The notes below the pieces were generated by a model. It did no database searches. It worked only from the letters and a program-made list of their open reading frames with translations, and was not told the origin of the DNA. The position numbers and the translations under genes are program-made. This document shows, piece after piece, positions 9,440-18,691 of a DNA stretch of 64,000 bases. Numbering within the stretch: the stretch's first letter is position 1; every line of letters starts with the position of its first letter. Origin of the DNA: an uncultured Gammaproteobacteria bacterium (GTDB lineage Bacteria > Patescibacteriota > Microgenomatia > PFEM01 > JAPLYW01); assembly GCA_965230945.1 (NCBI GenBank), contig OZ246397.1, positions 304,749 to 368,748 on the forward strand. The letters run 5' to 3'.

Positions 9440-9856
9440 TTACAATTTAATTTTCAGATTGGCAATTAGCTCTTTTTTCTCTCCTGATTTTGATTCGTAG
9501 CGTATCTTTTTGTCAAAAATGTCTTTAATAGTTTGCCAATCTGTTTGTTTCTTTAGTGGATAAATATGGAAATGAAAGTGGGAAACTAAACCTCCGGTTT
9601 TTAATACCACCGATTTGTCAACCCGCAGAACCTCAAGAAGAGCTTTTTCTGTTCTATGAAATATTCCTGAAAAATACTTGAAGTCTTCAGTCGATAATTC
9701 AGAAGCATTTTCAAAGTGCTCTTTCCAAACAACTAGAGTGTGGCCTTTTACGGCCCAGTCCATATCAAGCATTACCAAAACTTTATCATCTTCATAAATC
9801 ATGTCTTCGGCAGTTTTCTTCTCGGCAATAATTTTACAAAAGATACAGCTGCTCAT
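9440..9856 (-). CDS. HIT-family nucleotide hydrolase
   Basis: CIFCKII, GHTLVV, HFHFHIYP histidine triad. Start moved to the ATG at 9856. Confidence 0.93.
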   Translation of the reverse strand: MSSCIFCKIIAEKKTAEDMIYEDDKVLVMLDMDWAVKGHTLVVWKEHFENASELSTEDFKYFSGIFHRTEKALLEVLRVDKSVVLKTGGLVSHFHFHIYPLKKQTDWQTIKDIFDKKIRYESKSGEKKELIANLKIKL

Positions 9857-9876
9857 CAGCTTTATTATACCAAACC

Positions 9877-9902
9877 AAAAAAGCCCTATCAAAAGGGCTT
9901 TT
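9877..9902. terminator. Intrinsic terminator (bidirectional type)
   Basis: AAAAAAGCCCT-ATCAAA-AGGGCTTTT. Confidence 0.75.
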
Positions 9903-9912
9903 AAAAATCATT

Positions 9913-9934
9913 GCTCCGTCGGTAGGACTCGAAC
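9913..9934 (-). other. tRNA 3'-end fragment (tRNA-Asn-like), probable att-site remnant
   Basis: Minus strand GTTCGAGTCCTAC-CGACGGA-G-C gives a T-loop, 3' T-stem, acceptor 3' strand and G discriminator. No 5' half is present. Confidence 0.7.
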
Positions 9935-10001
9935 TTCTTCCCTTTTTTATTTTGGGATTTTTGGGATTTAAGAAACAAACTTAAAAGACAGCTTTACGTA
10001 C

Positions 10002-10865
10002 CTATAATTCCAACTTTCTTATTGCTTCTTTTTGGGTTCGTGTAAGCTTTTCAGGAATCTTAACCAAAAGGCGAACATATTGGTCACCACGACCAAAACC
10101 GTGGAGTCGCCTGATTCCTCGACCAGCTAAACGAACCATGGTTCCGGGTTGGGTTCCGGCCCGAACACGCAGTTTTAAATTGCCATCAATGGTTGATACT
10201 TCAATGACACCACCTAAAATGGCCATTAATAAAGAAATTTCTTTATTAACAAAAACATCAGCTCCATCTCTTTGAAAAGTCTTATCCGGTTTAACATCAA
10301 TGGTGATGTAAAAATCAGGAAATTTAATTCTTGAGCCATCATCAACCCCTGGAGGAATGTTAATCTTGCGCTTTTTACCCATAATGACAAATTCTTTCTC
10401 ACAACCTTTAGCGGCCTCCATAAAAGATAAGGTCAAACCATAACGGGGTATTCTGCTTGCTTGCCTGAAAGGCGAAGCACCACCAAAAAACTGTTCGAAT
10501 ATTTCAAAAGGGTCAGAAAAGCCGCCAAAATCAAAACCACCAGCTTGGTCAGTACTAGTATAAGTATAGGTAAAAGGCCCTTGTTTATAGGCTCCTGAAG
10601 CAGCCCCACCAAAAGGGCCACCAGCATATTCACCTCCAGGACTAAAAGCAGCATGGCCAAATTGATCATAAGCTTCTTTCTTTTTAGGGTTGGATAAAAT
10701 CTCGTAGGCCTCGTTAATCTCTTTAAACTTATCACTGGCTTCTTTTGACTTATTGCGATCTGGGTGCCATTCTAAAGCTAGCTTCCGATAAGCTTTCTTA
10801 ATATCTGCCGCGGAAGCACTTTTAGAAGTTCCTAAGATATCGTAATAATCTCTTTTTGTCGGCAT
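10002..10865 (-). CDS. dnaJ: DnaJ chaperone without zinc finger
   Basis: J-domain with HPD, G/F-rich region, shortened C-terminal domain, no CxxCxGxG. Follows dnaK. Confidence 0.93.
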   Translation of the reverse strand: MPTKRDYYDILGTSKSASAADIKKAYRKLALEWHPDRNKSKEASDKFKEINEAYEILSNPKKKEAYDQFGHAAFSPGGEYAGGPFGGAASGAYKQGPFTYTYTSTDQAGGFDFGGFSDPFEIFEQFFGGASPFRQASRIPRYGLTLSFMEAAKGCEKEFVIMGKKRKINIPPGVDDGSRIKFPDFYITIDVKPDKTFQRDGADVFVNKEISLLMAILGGVIEVSTIDGNLKLRVRAGTQPGTMVRLAGRGIRRLHGFGRGDQYVRLLVKIPEKLTRTQKEAIRKLEL

Positions 10866-10930
10866 AATTTATTTTAGCAAAATTTAAGGCCGCTTACGCG
10901 ACCCTAAACTTTTAATTTTAATTTTCTAAT

Positions 10931-12847
10931 TTATTCAACAACCTCTCCTTCCTCTGCTTTCTCTTTATCCTTACTCTTATCGTCTTTTTCTTCCTTTTTT
11001 CCAGAAGCTCTTTCTTTTGGTTGTTCTTCTTTATTTGGAGCCTGCTGTTGCCGATACATAGCTTCTCCAATTTTTTGAAGATTATCAGAAAGCTCTTTAG
11101 AAGCTTTCTCTAATTCTTCTTTCGAAGAATCTTCTTTAGCTAAAACTTCTTTTAGTTTTTTGATTTCTTTCTCAACCTTTTCTTTGTCTTCTTTCTTAAC
11201 CTTATCACCAGCATCCTTTAGGGTCTTTTCAGCCGTGAAGACCAGATTATCAGCTTGGTTCTTAGCTTCAACCGTTTCTTTCTTTTTCTTATCTTCCTCG
11301 GTATATTTCTCAGCCTCAGCTCGAGCCGTTTTAACTTCTTCATCAGAAAGGCCAACAACTCCTTTAATGGTGATTTTTTGCTCTTTATTGGTAGCCTTAT
11401 CTTGAGCTTTAACAGTTAAAATACCGTTGGCATCAATATCAAAGTGAACCTCAATCTGGGGTACACCTCTTGGCGCTGGCGGGATTCCATCGAGAAAAAA
11501 ACGACCTAATGATTTGTTGTCAGCGGCCATCGGCCGTTCTCCTTGCAAAACATTAATTTCTACCTGTGTCTGATTGGCAGCCGCCGTAGAAAAGATCTGA
11601 GACTTGGAAGCAGGAATGGTCGTATTCCTCTCAATCAAAGGAGTACGAACCCCTCCTAAAGTCTCAATGCCCAAGGTTAGGGGAGTGACATCAAGAAGCA
11701 AGACATCTTTAACTTCACCGCCTAAGACACCACCTTGAATGGCCGCTCCCACAGCTACTACTTCATCCGGATTAACGGAACGGTTGGGAGTTTTACCAAA
11801 AATGTCTTTGACTATTTGAACAATCTTTGGCATCCGCGTCATGCCACCCACCAAGATAACCTCATCCACATCAGCGGCCTTAATCTTGGCATCCTTTAAA
11901 CAAAGTTCAACCGGCTTTTTAGTTTCTTGAATTAAATCAGAAACAAGTTGTTCCAACTTAGACCTACTAAGCTTCATAGAAAGATGCAGCGGTTGGCCAC
12001 CCTTACCCTGAGTAATATAGGGCTGGTTGATATCTGTCTCTTGAGCCGATGAAAGCTCAATTTTAGCCTTTTCAGCGGCATCACGAACTCTTTGCAAAGC
12101 CTGTTTGTCCTCCCTTAAATCAACTCCATTTTCTTTTTTAAATTCGTCGGCAATCCAATCAACAATTTTTTCATCAAAGTCATCTCCACCAAGATCGGTA
12201 TTCCCATTGGTAGCTTTGACTTCAAAAACACCATCACCAATCTCTAAAATGGAGATATCAAAAGTACCTCCGCCTAAATCATAAACGGCAATCGTTTCCC
12301 CGCCTTTCTTCTCTAAACCATAGGCTAAAGAAGCAGCTGTCGGCTCATTAATAATGCGTTCTACTTTCAAACCAGCAATTTCACCGGCTTGTTTGGTAGC
12401 CTGACGTTGGGCATCATCAAAGTAAGCTGGAACAGTAATTACCGCCCTCTCTATCTTTTCACCTAAAAAGGCTTCCGCATCTGCCTTGCATTTGCCTAAA
12501 ATTTTGGCAGAAATTTCCTGAGGAGTACATGTTTTACCGCCAGCTTCTACCACAACCATGCTTTCTTTACCTTCTTTAATCTTGTAGGCCACCATTTTCT
12601 GAGTTTTTTTAACTTCCTCATCAGAAAATCTACGACCCATTAATCTTTTTACTGAATAAATAGTATTTTCAGGGTTAAGAACCATCTGTCTCTTAGCCAC
12701 TTCACCGACTAAATTCTTAATTGGCTCTACAGCTGAAGGAATAATATTTTTACCTTCGGCTGAAGGAATTACCTTAGGTTTACCAGCCTCCATAACGGCC
12801 ACACAAGAATTAGTTGTTCCTAAATCGATACCAATAATTTTTGACAT
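10931..12847 (-). CDS. dnaK: Chaperone DnaK
   Basis: [39 protein letters not shown]. Confidence 0.99.
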   Translation of the reverse strand: MSKIIGIDLGTTNSCVAVMEAGKPKVIPSAEGKNIIPSAVEPIKNLVGEVAKRQMVLNPENTIYSVKRLMGRRFSDEEVKKTQKMVAYKIKEGKESMVVVEAGGKTCTPQEISAKILGKCKADAEAFLGEKIERAVITVPAYFDDAQRQATKQAGEIAGLKVERIINEPTAASLAYGLEKKGGETIAVYDLGGGTFDISILEIGDGVFEVKATNGNTDLGGDDFDEKIVDWIADEFKKENGVDLREDKQALQRVRDAAEKAKIELSSAQETDINQPYITQGKGGQPLHLSMKLSRSKLEQLVSDLIQETKKPVELCLKDAKIKAADVDEVILVGGMTRMPKIVQIVKDIFGKTPNRSVNPDEVVAVGAAIQGGVLGGEVKDVLLLDVTPLTLGIETLGGVRTPLIERNTTIPASKSQIFSTAAANQTQVEINVLQGERPMAADNKSLGRFFLDGIPPAPRGVPQIEVHFDIDANGILTVKAQDKATNKEQKITIKGVVGLSDEEVKTARAEAEKYTEEDKKKKETVEAKNQADNLVFTAEKTLKDAGDKVKKEDKEKVEKEIKKLKEVLAKEDSSKEELEKASKELSDNLQKIGEAMYRQQQAPNKEEQPKERASGKKEEKDDKSKDKEKAEEGEVVE

Positions 12848-12861
12848 ATTTTTCTCCTTTT

Positions 12862-13302
12862 TTATCTGCCTCCGCCAACTTTTACCTTGGCAGGACGGAT
12901 AATTTTATTATTTAATAAATAACCTTTTAAAATAACTTCTAAAACCTTATTTTTGGACCCCTTGACCATTTCCGTAACTTCCATTAAATTAGGATTAAAA
13001 TCTTCATTTAAAGCTTCAATCTCCTCAACTCCTTCGGCTTCTAAAATTTCTTTAAAACGATTAATTGTCAAAGTTAAGCCCTCGTCTTTAAGATGGCTTT
13101 CACAACGTTGTAAATCATCTAAAATACTTAACAGTTTTACTAATAATTGAGCCTTAGAAAATTTAACGAATTCTCTTTTTTCTTTCTCTACTCTTTTTTC
13201 CAGATTAGCATAATCGGCTAAGGCTCTTTTCCATTTATTGTCTAACTCAATGAGCTGTTTTTCAAAAAGTAAGTTTTGTTTCCTGGGACCTTTCTTGATC
13301 AT
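12862..13302 (-). CDS. grpE: Nucleotide exchange factor GrpE
   Basis: [36 protein letters not shown]. Confidence 0.96.
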   Translation of the reverse strand: MIKKGPRKQNLLFEKQLIELDNKWKRALADYANLEKRVEKEKREFVKFSKAQLLVKLLSILDDLQRCESHLKDEGLTLTINRFKEILEAEGVEEIEALNEDFNPNLMEVTEMVKGSKNKVLEVILKGYLLNNKIIRPAKVKVGGGR

Positions 13303-14033
13303 TACAAATTACCTGCTAATTCCTCGATCAACTTGGCAAAATAACGAACAGTAGGCACCACCGAGGAGTAATTTAAGCGATTAGAACCTATTACCCCCAA
13401 AGAACCAGACTTCTTATCATCAGCTCCAAAGTTAACAAAAACCATACCACAAGGTTCTAAATAATCATAACCTAACTCATCACCAAAAAGAAAGTGTACC
13501 GAACCCTCATCAAATGATTTTTCAAACAAACGATGTATCTGATCAACCTCATCCAGCATTGAAAGGATGGTTTTAGTAACATCAATATCAAAAAATTCTG
13601 GCATGTTTAAAATATTAGCATAGCCAGCATGATAAATTTCACCATCTTTAGTACTGGCTACTGCTAAAGTTCTTGTTTGCTTAGCCAAGGCTTTGACTGC
13701 CTCTCTCATTAAATGATCAAAATCAAAGCGGGAATCCCAAATTTTTTCTCGAGCCGCCACCTCATCAACTACAGAAAGTTTTTTTTCTTCCATTAAGTGA
13801 TTAATGTAAAAGCGAAAGGCGTCTTTGGTGGGAATTCTTCCCGAAGAAGTATGGGGTTGCTTTAAATAGCCAGTCTTAATTAATCTGGCCATCTCATTTC
13901 TAATGGTGGCTGGCGAAACTCCTAACTCATACTTTTTCTCCAAAACTTCAGAACCAACTGGTTCACCGGCTTCAATATATTCTTCAATGACGGCCTTTAA
14001 AATTTTAGTTTGTCGCTCAGTTAATTCTACCAT
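13302..14033 (-). CDS. hrcA: Heat-inducible transcription repressor HrcA (shortened)
   Basis: EPVGS, SPATIRNEM, QPHTSSGRIPT, LGVIG..RLNY. Confidence 0.95.
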   Translation of the reverse strand: MVELTERQTKILKAVIEEYIEAGEPVGSEVLEKKYELGVSPATIRNEMARLIKTGYLKQPHTSSGRIPTKDAFRFYINHLMEEKKLSVVDEVAAREKIWDSRFDFDHLMREAVKALAKQTRTLAVASTKDGEIYHAGYANILNMPEFFDIDVTKTILSMLDEVDQIHRLFEKSFDEGSVHFLFGDELGYDYLEPCGMVFVNFGADDKKSGSLGVIGSNRLNYSSVVPTVRYFAKLIEELAGNL

Positions 14034-14066
14034 TTTTTCTAAAATCAGCTTCAGATCAAGACTAAT

Positions 14067-14093
14067 TTAGCACTTTTATAACATAACTGCTAA
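14067..14093. promoter_or_regulatory. CIRCE-like HrcA operator
   Basis: TTAGCACTT-N9-AACTGCTAA versus consensus TTAGCACTC-N9-GAGTGCTAA, directly upstream of hrcA. Confidence 0.85.
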
Positions 14094-14103
14094 AAGCTGT
14101 CAA
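14075..14103 (-). promoter_or_regulatory. sigma70 promoter of hrcA-grpE-dnaK
   Basis: TTGACA-17 bp-TATAAA with extended TG, overlapped by the CIRCE-like element. Confidence 0.8.
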
Positions 14104-14118
14104 GAGTTAATTAATAAA

Positions 14119-15003
14119 TCAAGTAAAACTTATAATATCTTCATCTTTGAGAATCTGATTAAGACTCGCTTCTTGGCCAGGAAAACGAGCCGAAGGTCCC
14201 CATAAAAATATTTTGTTAACTCTTTTATCTTTTGGAAAAACTTTCCCAAAGACATCTTTTATCATCTGTCTTTTTTTTAAAATCAGTGGTTTCTCAAAAT
14301 CAAGCTTACCCCCCTTAGGCCTTAAATAAATACGCATTAAGTTTAATCTTTGCCAGACTGCTTTCTTAAGTTCTTGAAGACCAATATCTCTTTGGGCGCT
14401 AATGAAAAACTTCTCTTTTAAATTTTTAGGAGGCAATCCTTTTAACAAGTCTATTTTATTTATTACCGTTAGAATGGGTAGTTTATCTACACCTGTCTTT
14501 TGTATATCTCCCAACAAAGACTCAATTCTACCTTGAGATCTGATATCAACTACTAAAATTAATAAGTCGGCTATACGACTGGCCGCAAGAACCTCCTTCC
14601 CTTTTCCTGAACCTAGAACCGCTCCTTTAACAATGCCTGGTAAATCAAAAATCTGAATTAAGGCTCCTTTATACTTAAGCATGCCCGGAATTACCGTTAA
14701 GGTAGTAAAAGGCCAAGGTTTAATACGGGCTTGGGCATTGGTTAACTTTTTAAGCAGAGTCGATTTCCCTACTGAAGGTGGTCCAATAAAGACAACAGTG
14801 GCATCGCCCTCTTTTTTAGGAATAAAACCAAAACGACTACCTTTTTTTCCTAGCCTTCTCTCTTTATCTTTAAGTTTGGCTATTTTTGCTTTTAAGTGTC
14901 CAATATGATGTTCTGTTCCTTTATAATAAGGAGTCTTTCTAATTTCTTCCTCTAAAAGAGCAATTTTGGCATCAATATCTTCGTTTAAATTAGAACGGCT
15001 CAT
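14119..15003 (-). CDS. DRG/Rbg-type Obg-family GTPase with TGS domain
   Basis: N-terminal EEEIRKTPYYKGTEHHIGHLKAKIAKL, GPPSVGKST, PFTTLTVIPG, IQIFDLPGI, NKID, C-terminal WGPSARFPGQ..LKDEDI. Confidence 0.9.
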   Translation of the reverse strand: MSRSNLNEDIDAKIALLEEEIRKTPYYKGTEHHIGHLKAKIAKLKDKERRLGKKGSRFGFIPKKEGDATVVFIGPPSVGKSTLLKKLTNAQARIKPWPFTTLTVIPGMLKYKGALIQIFDLPGIVKGAVLGSGKGKEVLAASRIADLLILVVDIRSQGRIESLLGDIQKTGVDKLPILTVINKIDLLKGLPPKNLKEKFFISAQRDIGLQELKKAVWQRLNLMRIYLRPKGGKLDFEKPLILKKRQMIKDVFGKVFPKDKRVNKIFLWGPSARFPGQEASLNQILKDEDIISFT

Positions 15004-16709
15004 GATTCAGGGGGCGGCGTAATTGTTTCCGGTAGTCTTTTAATCTTTTTAAAGCGAACTATCATTTTCTTTAAAATAGCAATTTCTTCAATTCCAAAAA
15101 GCCAACTTAAGAAAAGGTAACTGGCAACTCCAAGCAAGCCAACAAAAGCTGTCAGAAGAATGAGGTTCAAGGTATAACGAGTATCTAAAACAAATAGTTC
15201 AAAGCTGATAGGTAACTTTAGCCCCACCCATCTAAGGAAAGAAAGATTCTTATCCCAAACTGAGCGGTCAAGAACTTTAAGGAAGAAGAAAACCAAACTA
15301 CCAGACAGAAAAGAAGCCAAGGTGACTTTAAAAAAAGTCAAAAAGATTTTTCCTTTTTCTAAAATAGGCAGTCTTTTAGAAAGTAAAATAAACAAGGTCG
15401 TCGCTTGAATAAAAGAGGCTAAAGAAAAGGCCAAGGCCAAAGTCCAAACATTAAGTTTTAAAACAATGATAAAAATTACTCCTAAACAAATATTAATCAA
15501 AATGCCAACAATAGAAACTTTAACTGGTGTCTTCGTATCATGAAGAGCCCAAAAAGCTCTCGTTAAAGGATAAATTAGACCCTGAGCTAAAATACCTAAA
15601 CCAAAAGCAGAAAGGGTATGACCGGTTTGAACCGTTGATTCCCAGGTAAAGCGAGCGGCTCCAAAAACAAGCCTGACAATGGGAATCCTTAGAACTGTCA
15701 GAAAAACAGCCGCCGGAAGAATTAAAAAAAAGACCTGTTTGAGTAAAGAAGCCAAAGTCTGGCTAAACTCTTTTAAATTATTACGAGCTGATTGATAAGA
15801 AAGCGAAGGCAAAGAAGCCTTGGCAATACTGATGCCAAAAAGACCAATAGGTAACAAGGCTAGGGAATTGGCAAAAGTATAATAGGTATAAGAGGCGACA
15901 GATACCAAAGAAGCTAAGAAAAGTTCTGTGATCTTGCCTAGCTGAAAAGAAGATAATTCTACTATTCTAGGCAAAGCTAAACGACCAATCTCCCTGACTC
16001 CTGGATGCCTTAAATTTAAGGCTAATTTCGGTCGGAAGCCCAACCAAAAAGCCACAGGTAATTGAATTAAGAAATGTAAGAAGGCTCCGGCCACGGCACC
16101 AATAACTGGAGCATAAATACCAAAATGAGCTGAAAGAAAAACGGCCCCTAAAATGATGCCAAGATTGTAAAGAATAGGAGCCAAGGCTGGCACCAAAAAC
16201 CTTTGTAAGGATTCCAAAATGCTGGTTAAAAAATAACTGAGAACAAAAAAACCTTGAGCTAAAAGTAAAATTCTGGAGAGACTGGCTATTTGAGCTGTTT
16301 CTTGAAAACTAAATCCTGGAGCAATAAGTCGATAGATCGGTTTAGCGGTCATAAAAATAACAATTGCCAAAGCCATAAAAATTAAAAAAGTGAAGTTAAG
16401 GCAAGTAGAAGCCACATTCCACGCTTCTTGCTTCTTACCCCTTGAGATATAAGAAGTAAAAGTGGGGATAAAGGCAGAAGAAAAAGTCCCAAAAACCAGA
16501 ATCTCAAAAATTGTCTCTGGAATCCTAAAGGCAGCAAAATAAAGAGATAAAGTTTCCACTGAAAAGAAATGAGCCAAAACACGGTTACGAACCAGACCCA
16601 AAAAACGAGAAGCGGCAATGGTAACCATAATAATGAGAGCCGCAGATAAAATCGTCTTCTGGCGTCTAGTAAAAACTTTAGATCCGCGCTGAAGTAAATT
16701 TCTAAACAT
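15000..16709 (-). CDS. murJ: Lipid II flippase MurJ (MviN)
   Basis: SRFLGLVR, AAFRIPE, AFIPTF, LPIGLFG, RAFWALHDTKTP. Multi-TM. Confidence 0.93.
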   Translation of the reverse strand: MFRNLLQRGSKVFTRRQKTILSAALIIMVTIAASRFLGLVRNRVLAHFFSVETLSLYFAAFRIPETIFEILVFGTFSSAFIPTFTSYISRGKKQEAWNVASTCLNFTFLIFMALAIVIFMTAKPIYRLIAPGFSFQETAQIASLSRILLLAQGFFVLSYFLTSILESLQRFLVPALAPILYNLGIILGAVFLSAHFGIYAPVIGAVAGAFLHFLIQLPVAFWLGFRPKLALNLRHPGVREIGRLALPRIVELSSFQLGKITELFLASLVSVASYTYYTFANSLALLPIGLFGISIAKASLPSLSYQSARNNLKEFSQTLASLLKQVFFLILPAAVFLTVLRIPIVRLVFGAARFTWESTVQTGHTLSAFGLGILAQGLIYPLTRAFWALHDTKTPVKVSIVGILINICLGVIFIIVLKLNVWTLALAFSLASFIQATTLFILLSKRLPILEKGKIFLTFFKVTLASFLSGSLVFFFLKVLDRSVWDKNLSFLRWVGLKLPISFELFVLDTRYTLNLILLTAFVGLLGVASYLFLSWLFGIEEIAILKKMIVRFKKIKRLPETITPPPES

Positions 16710-16797
16710 TGTTTCTAAAAGACCTTTTTGCTATACTTTAATTAATTGTACTAATTGTACAATGCTTTTTTATCGATTGTAAATTAGCTTTTAAAAG

Positions 16798-17043
16798 ATG
16801 CCAATTACTAAATCAGCCAAAAAAGCTCTTCGTAAGGATAAAAGAAGAGCTCAGGTTAACAGAAAAATAAAGGATCGTGTTAAAGCTGCCTTAAAGAAAA
16901 CGCGTAAAAACCCTAACAAGAAAAACCTAAGGGAGGTTTTTAGTTTTCTTGATCGAGCCGCTAAAAAGAAAGTTATCCACAAAAATAGAGCCAATCGTCT
17001 GAAATCAAGGCTGCTTGATCTAGCTAAAAAGAAGAAAAGCTAA
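16798..17043 (+). CDS. rpsT: 30S ribosomal protein S20
   Basis: KSAKKALR, LDRAAKKKVIHKNRANRLKSRL. Confidence 0.97.
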   Translation: MPITKSAKKALRKDKRRAQVNRKIKDRVKAALKKTRKNPNKKNLREVFSFLDRAAKKKVIHKNRANRLKSRLLDLAKKKKS

Positions 17044-17098
17044 TTCCTCTTTACAAAACTTGCCTTCCTCAACTATACTTGAATAAACCAGGGTTTTT

Positions 17099-17656
17099 AT
17101 GGCTGTCCAAACAAAAGCTCCTAAAACAAAAATCGAGTTTATTCCTCAAGAAGATTGGGAAAGAACAAGTTTCGGTAAATTCCTAAAATGGCTCTTAAAT
17201 ATTGGTCGCTGGATTATCATCGTTACTGAACTGATAGTCATTATTGCTTTCATCTCCAGATTCAAATTAGACCGAGATTTAACCAATCTTAACGAAGAAA
17301 TCAAGCAGAAGCAGGCCATTGTCGCCTCATCCTCTGACTTTGAAGAAGAGTTTCTCTTCTTGCAAAAAAGACTTTCTACCATTGAAGGCTTAAGAAAAAC
17401 TCAAATTGAAGCCAATAAAGTAATCGATATCTTTGCCCAATTAACACCCGTTGGTGTTAAGATTTCCAATCTCACTCTAGCTGCCAAAGAAATCAATCTT
17501 ATCGCCACAGCTAACTCAGAATTTACCTTTGCTACCTTCTTAAAAAATCTTAAAAATTCTTCACAAATCAAAGATGTCTCTATCTCCAATGTCAATATCA
17601 GTGAGGAATTCGGCTTAGGAATTAGTTTTAATGTTAAAGCAAAAATTAAAACCTAA
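17099..17656 (+). CDS. PilN-like type IV pilus assembly protein
   Basis: IEFIP (INLLP-like) motif, TM helix, coiled coil, P.GV.I ferredoxin-like C-terminal domain. Precedes a PilO-like gene. Confidence 0.7.
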   Translation: MAVQTKAPKTKIEFIPQEDWERTSFGKFLKWLLNIGRWIIIVTELIVIIAFISRFKLDRDLTNLNEEIKQKQAIVASSSDFEEEFLFLQKRLSTIEGLRKTQIEANKVIDIFAQLTPVGVKISNLTLAAKEINLIATANSEFTFATFLKNLKNSSQIKDVSISNVNISEEFGLGISFNVKAKIKT

Positions 17657-17661
17657 AAACT

Positions 17662-18282
17662 ATGGTTGATCTTAATCGACAGATTGATTCCCATCGCTAT
17701 CATCGTTACTTCGTTGATCTGGGCAATTTTTATAAAACCAAAAAGTCCAAAGTTTATACTGGTATTATCATTTCCCTTTTAACGATTATCTTTTTCATCA
17801 TCTTTGCGATTAAACCAACCTTAGTAACCATCGCCCAATTAATCAGGCAGGTCAAAGATCAAAAAACGGTTGTCACCGCCTTGGAGAAAAAAACTAATAA
17901 CTTATCTCAAGCCCAGACCAACTATCTTAATATTGAATCCAGGCTCTTTTTGGTAGATGAGGCTTTGCCCACAACTGCCGAAATTAATTCTTTAGTCAAA
18001 CAATTTGAAATCCTTAGTAGAAAATCCGGCATCAGCATTGAAAGCTTCCGCATCAATGAAGCTACTTTGAATACCTCTAAATCAAAAAAGAGCCAAAAAC
18101 AACCAGTCAGCTTTAACCTAACTATCTCTGGTAATTACGAAAGTTTAAAAACCTTCATTGATTCCTTAAATGATTTAAGAAGGATTATCACTGTTGAAAG
18201 TTTTGTCTTTCAAGTAGGGCGGGGTGAGGATGACATTTTAGCCTTAAATATCAATGGCCAAGCTTGGTTTTTAGCAAAATAA
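17662..18282 (+). CDS. PilO-like type IV pilus assembly protein
   Basis: TM, coiled coil, ALP, ISGNYESLKTFIDSLNDLRRIITVE. Confidence 0.8.
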   Translation: MVDLNRQIDSHRYHRYFVDLGNFYKTKKSKVYTGIIISLLTIIFFIIFAIKPTLVTIAQLIRQVKDQKTVVTALEKKTNNLSQAQTNYLNIESRLFLVDEALPTTAEINSLVKQFEILSRKSGISIESFRINEATLNTSKSKKSQKQPVSFNLTISGNYESLKTFIDSLNDLRRIITVESFVFQVGRGEDDILALNINGQAWFLAK

Positions 18283-18283
18283 T

Positions 18284-18655
18284 ATGAATCAACAAAAATT
18301 TCAACTAGGAAAAAAAGCTTTGTTTTTAACAATTCTTAGTTTTATTACTGTCTTTACCTGGGTTGGCTTTGAAGTCTATCAGGCTAGTAGTAAAACTACC
18401 ATTACCAAAGTAACCAAAAAACAAATGGCTCCCATTAATCCCAATATTAAGACCAAGATCATTGAAAGAATTGATGAGAGCCTTTCCTTTTCTCAAGAAG
18501 AAATGGACATTATTCCTGTCAGCGAAGCAACAGCTACTCCTACAGTAGAATTAAGCGAAGAGCCAACAGAAACAACTCCCTCAGCAGAAGCAACTGAAGA
18601 AGAAAGCGCAACTGGTAGTAGTCAAGCAACAGAAGAAAATGATACTCTAGAATAA
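18284..18655 (+). CDS. Membrane-anchored hypothetical protein with acidic Thr/Glu tail (PilP position)
   Basis: N-terminal TM, low-complexity C-terminus, operon context. Confidence 0.65.
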   Translation: MNQQKFQLGKKALFLTILSFITVFTWVGFEVYQASSKTTITKVTKKQMAPINPNIKTKIIERIDESLSFSQEEMDIIPVSEATATPTVELSEEPTETTPSAEATEEESATGSSQATEENDTLE

Positions 18656-18691
18656 ATAAACTTTTAATCTGCTCTGGGCGGACTGTTCGTT

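Noticed and set aside
9913-9990. Complete tRNA gene
   Set aside because: Only the T-loop and acceptor 3' strand are present. The adjacent sequence cannot form D or anticodon arms.
16743-16763. TAATTGTAC tandem and ATTGTACAAT palindrome as an operator
   Set aside because: Short and AT-rich. Adequately explained by overlapping divergent -10 boxes for murJ and rpsT.
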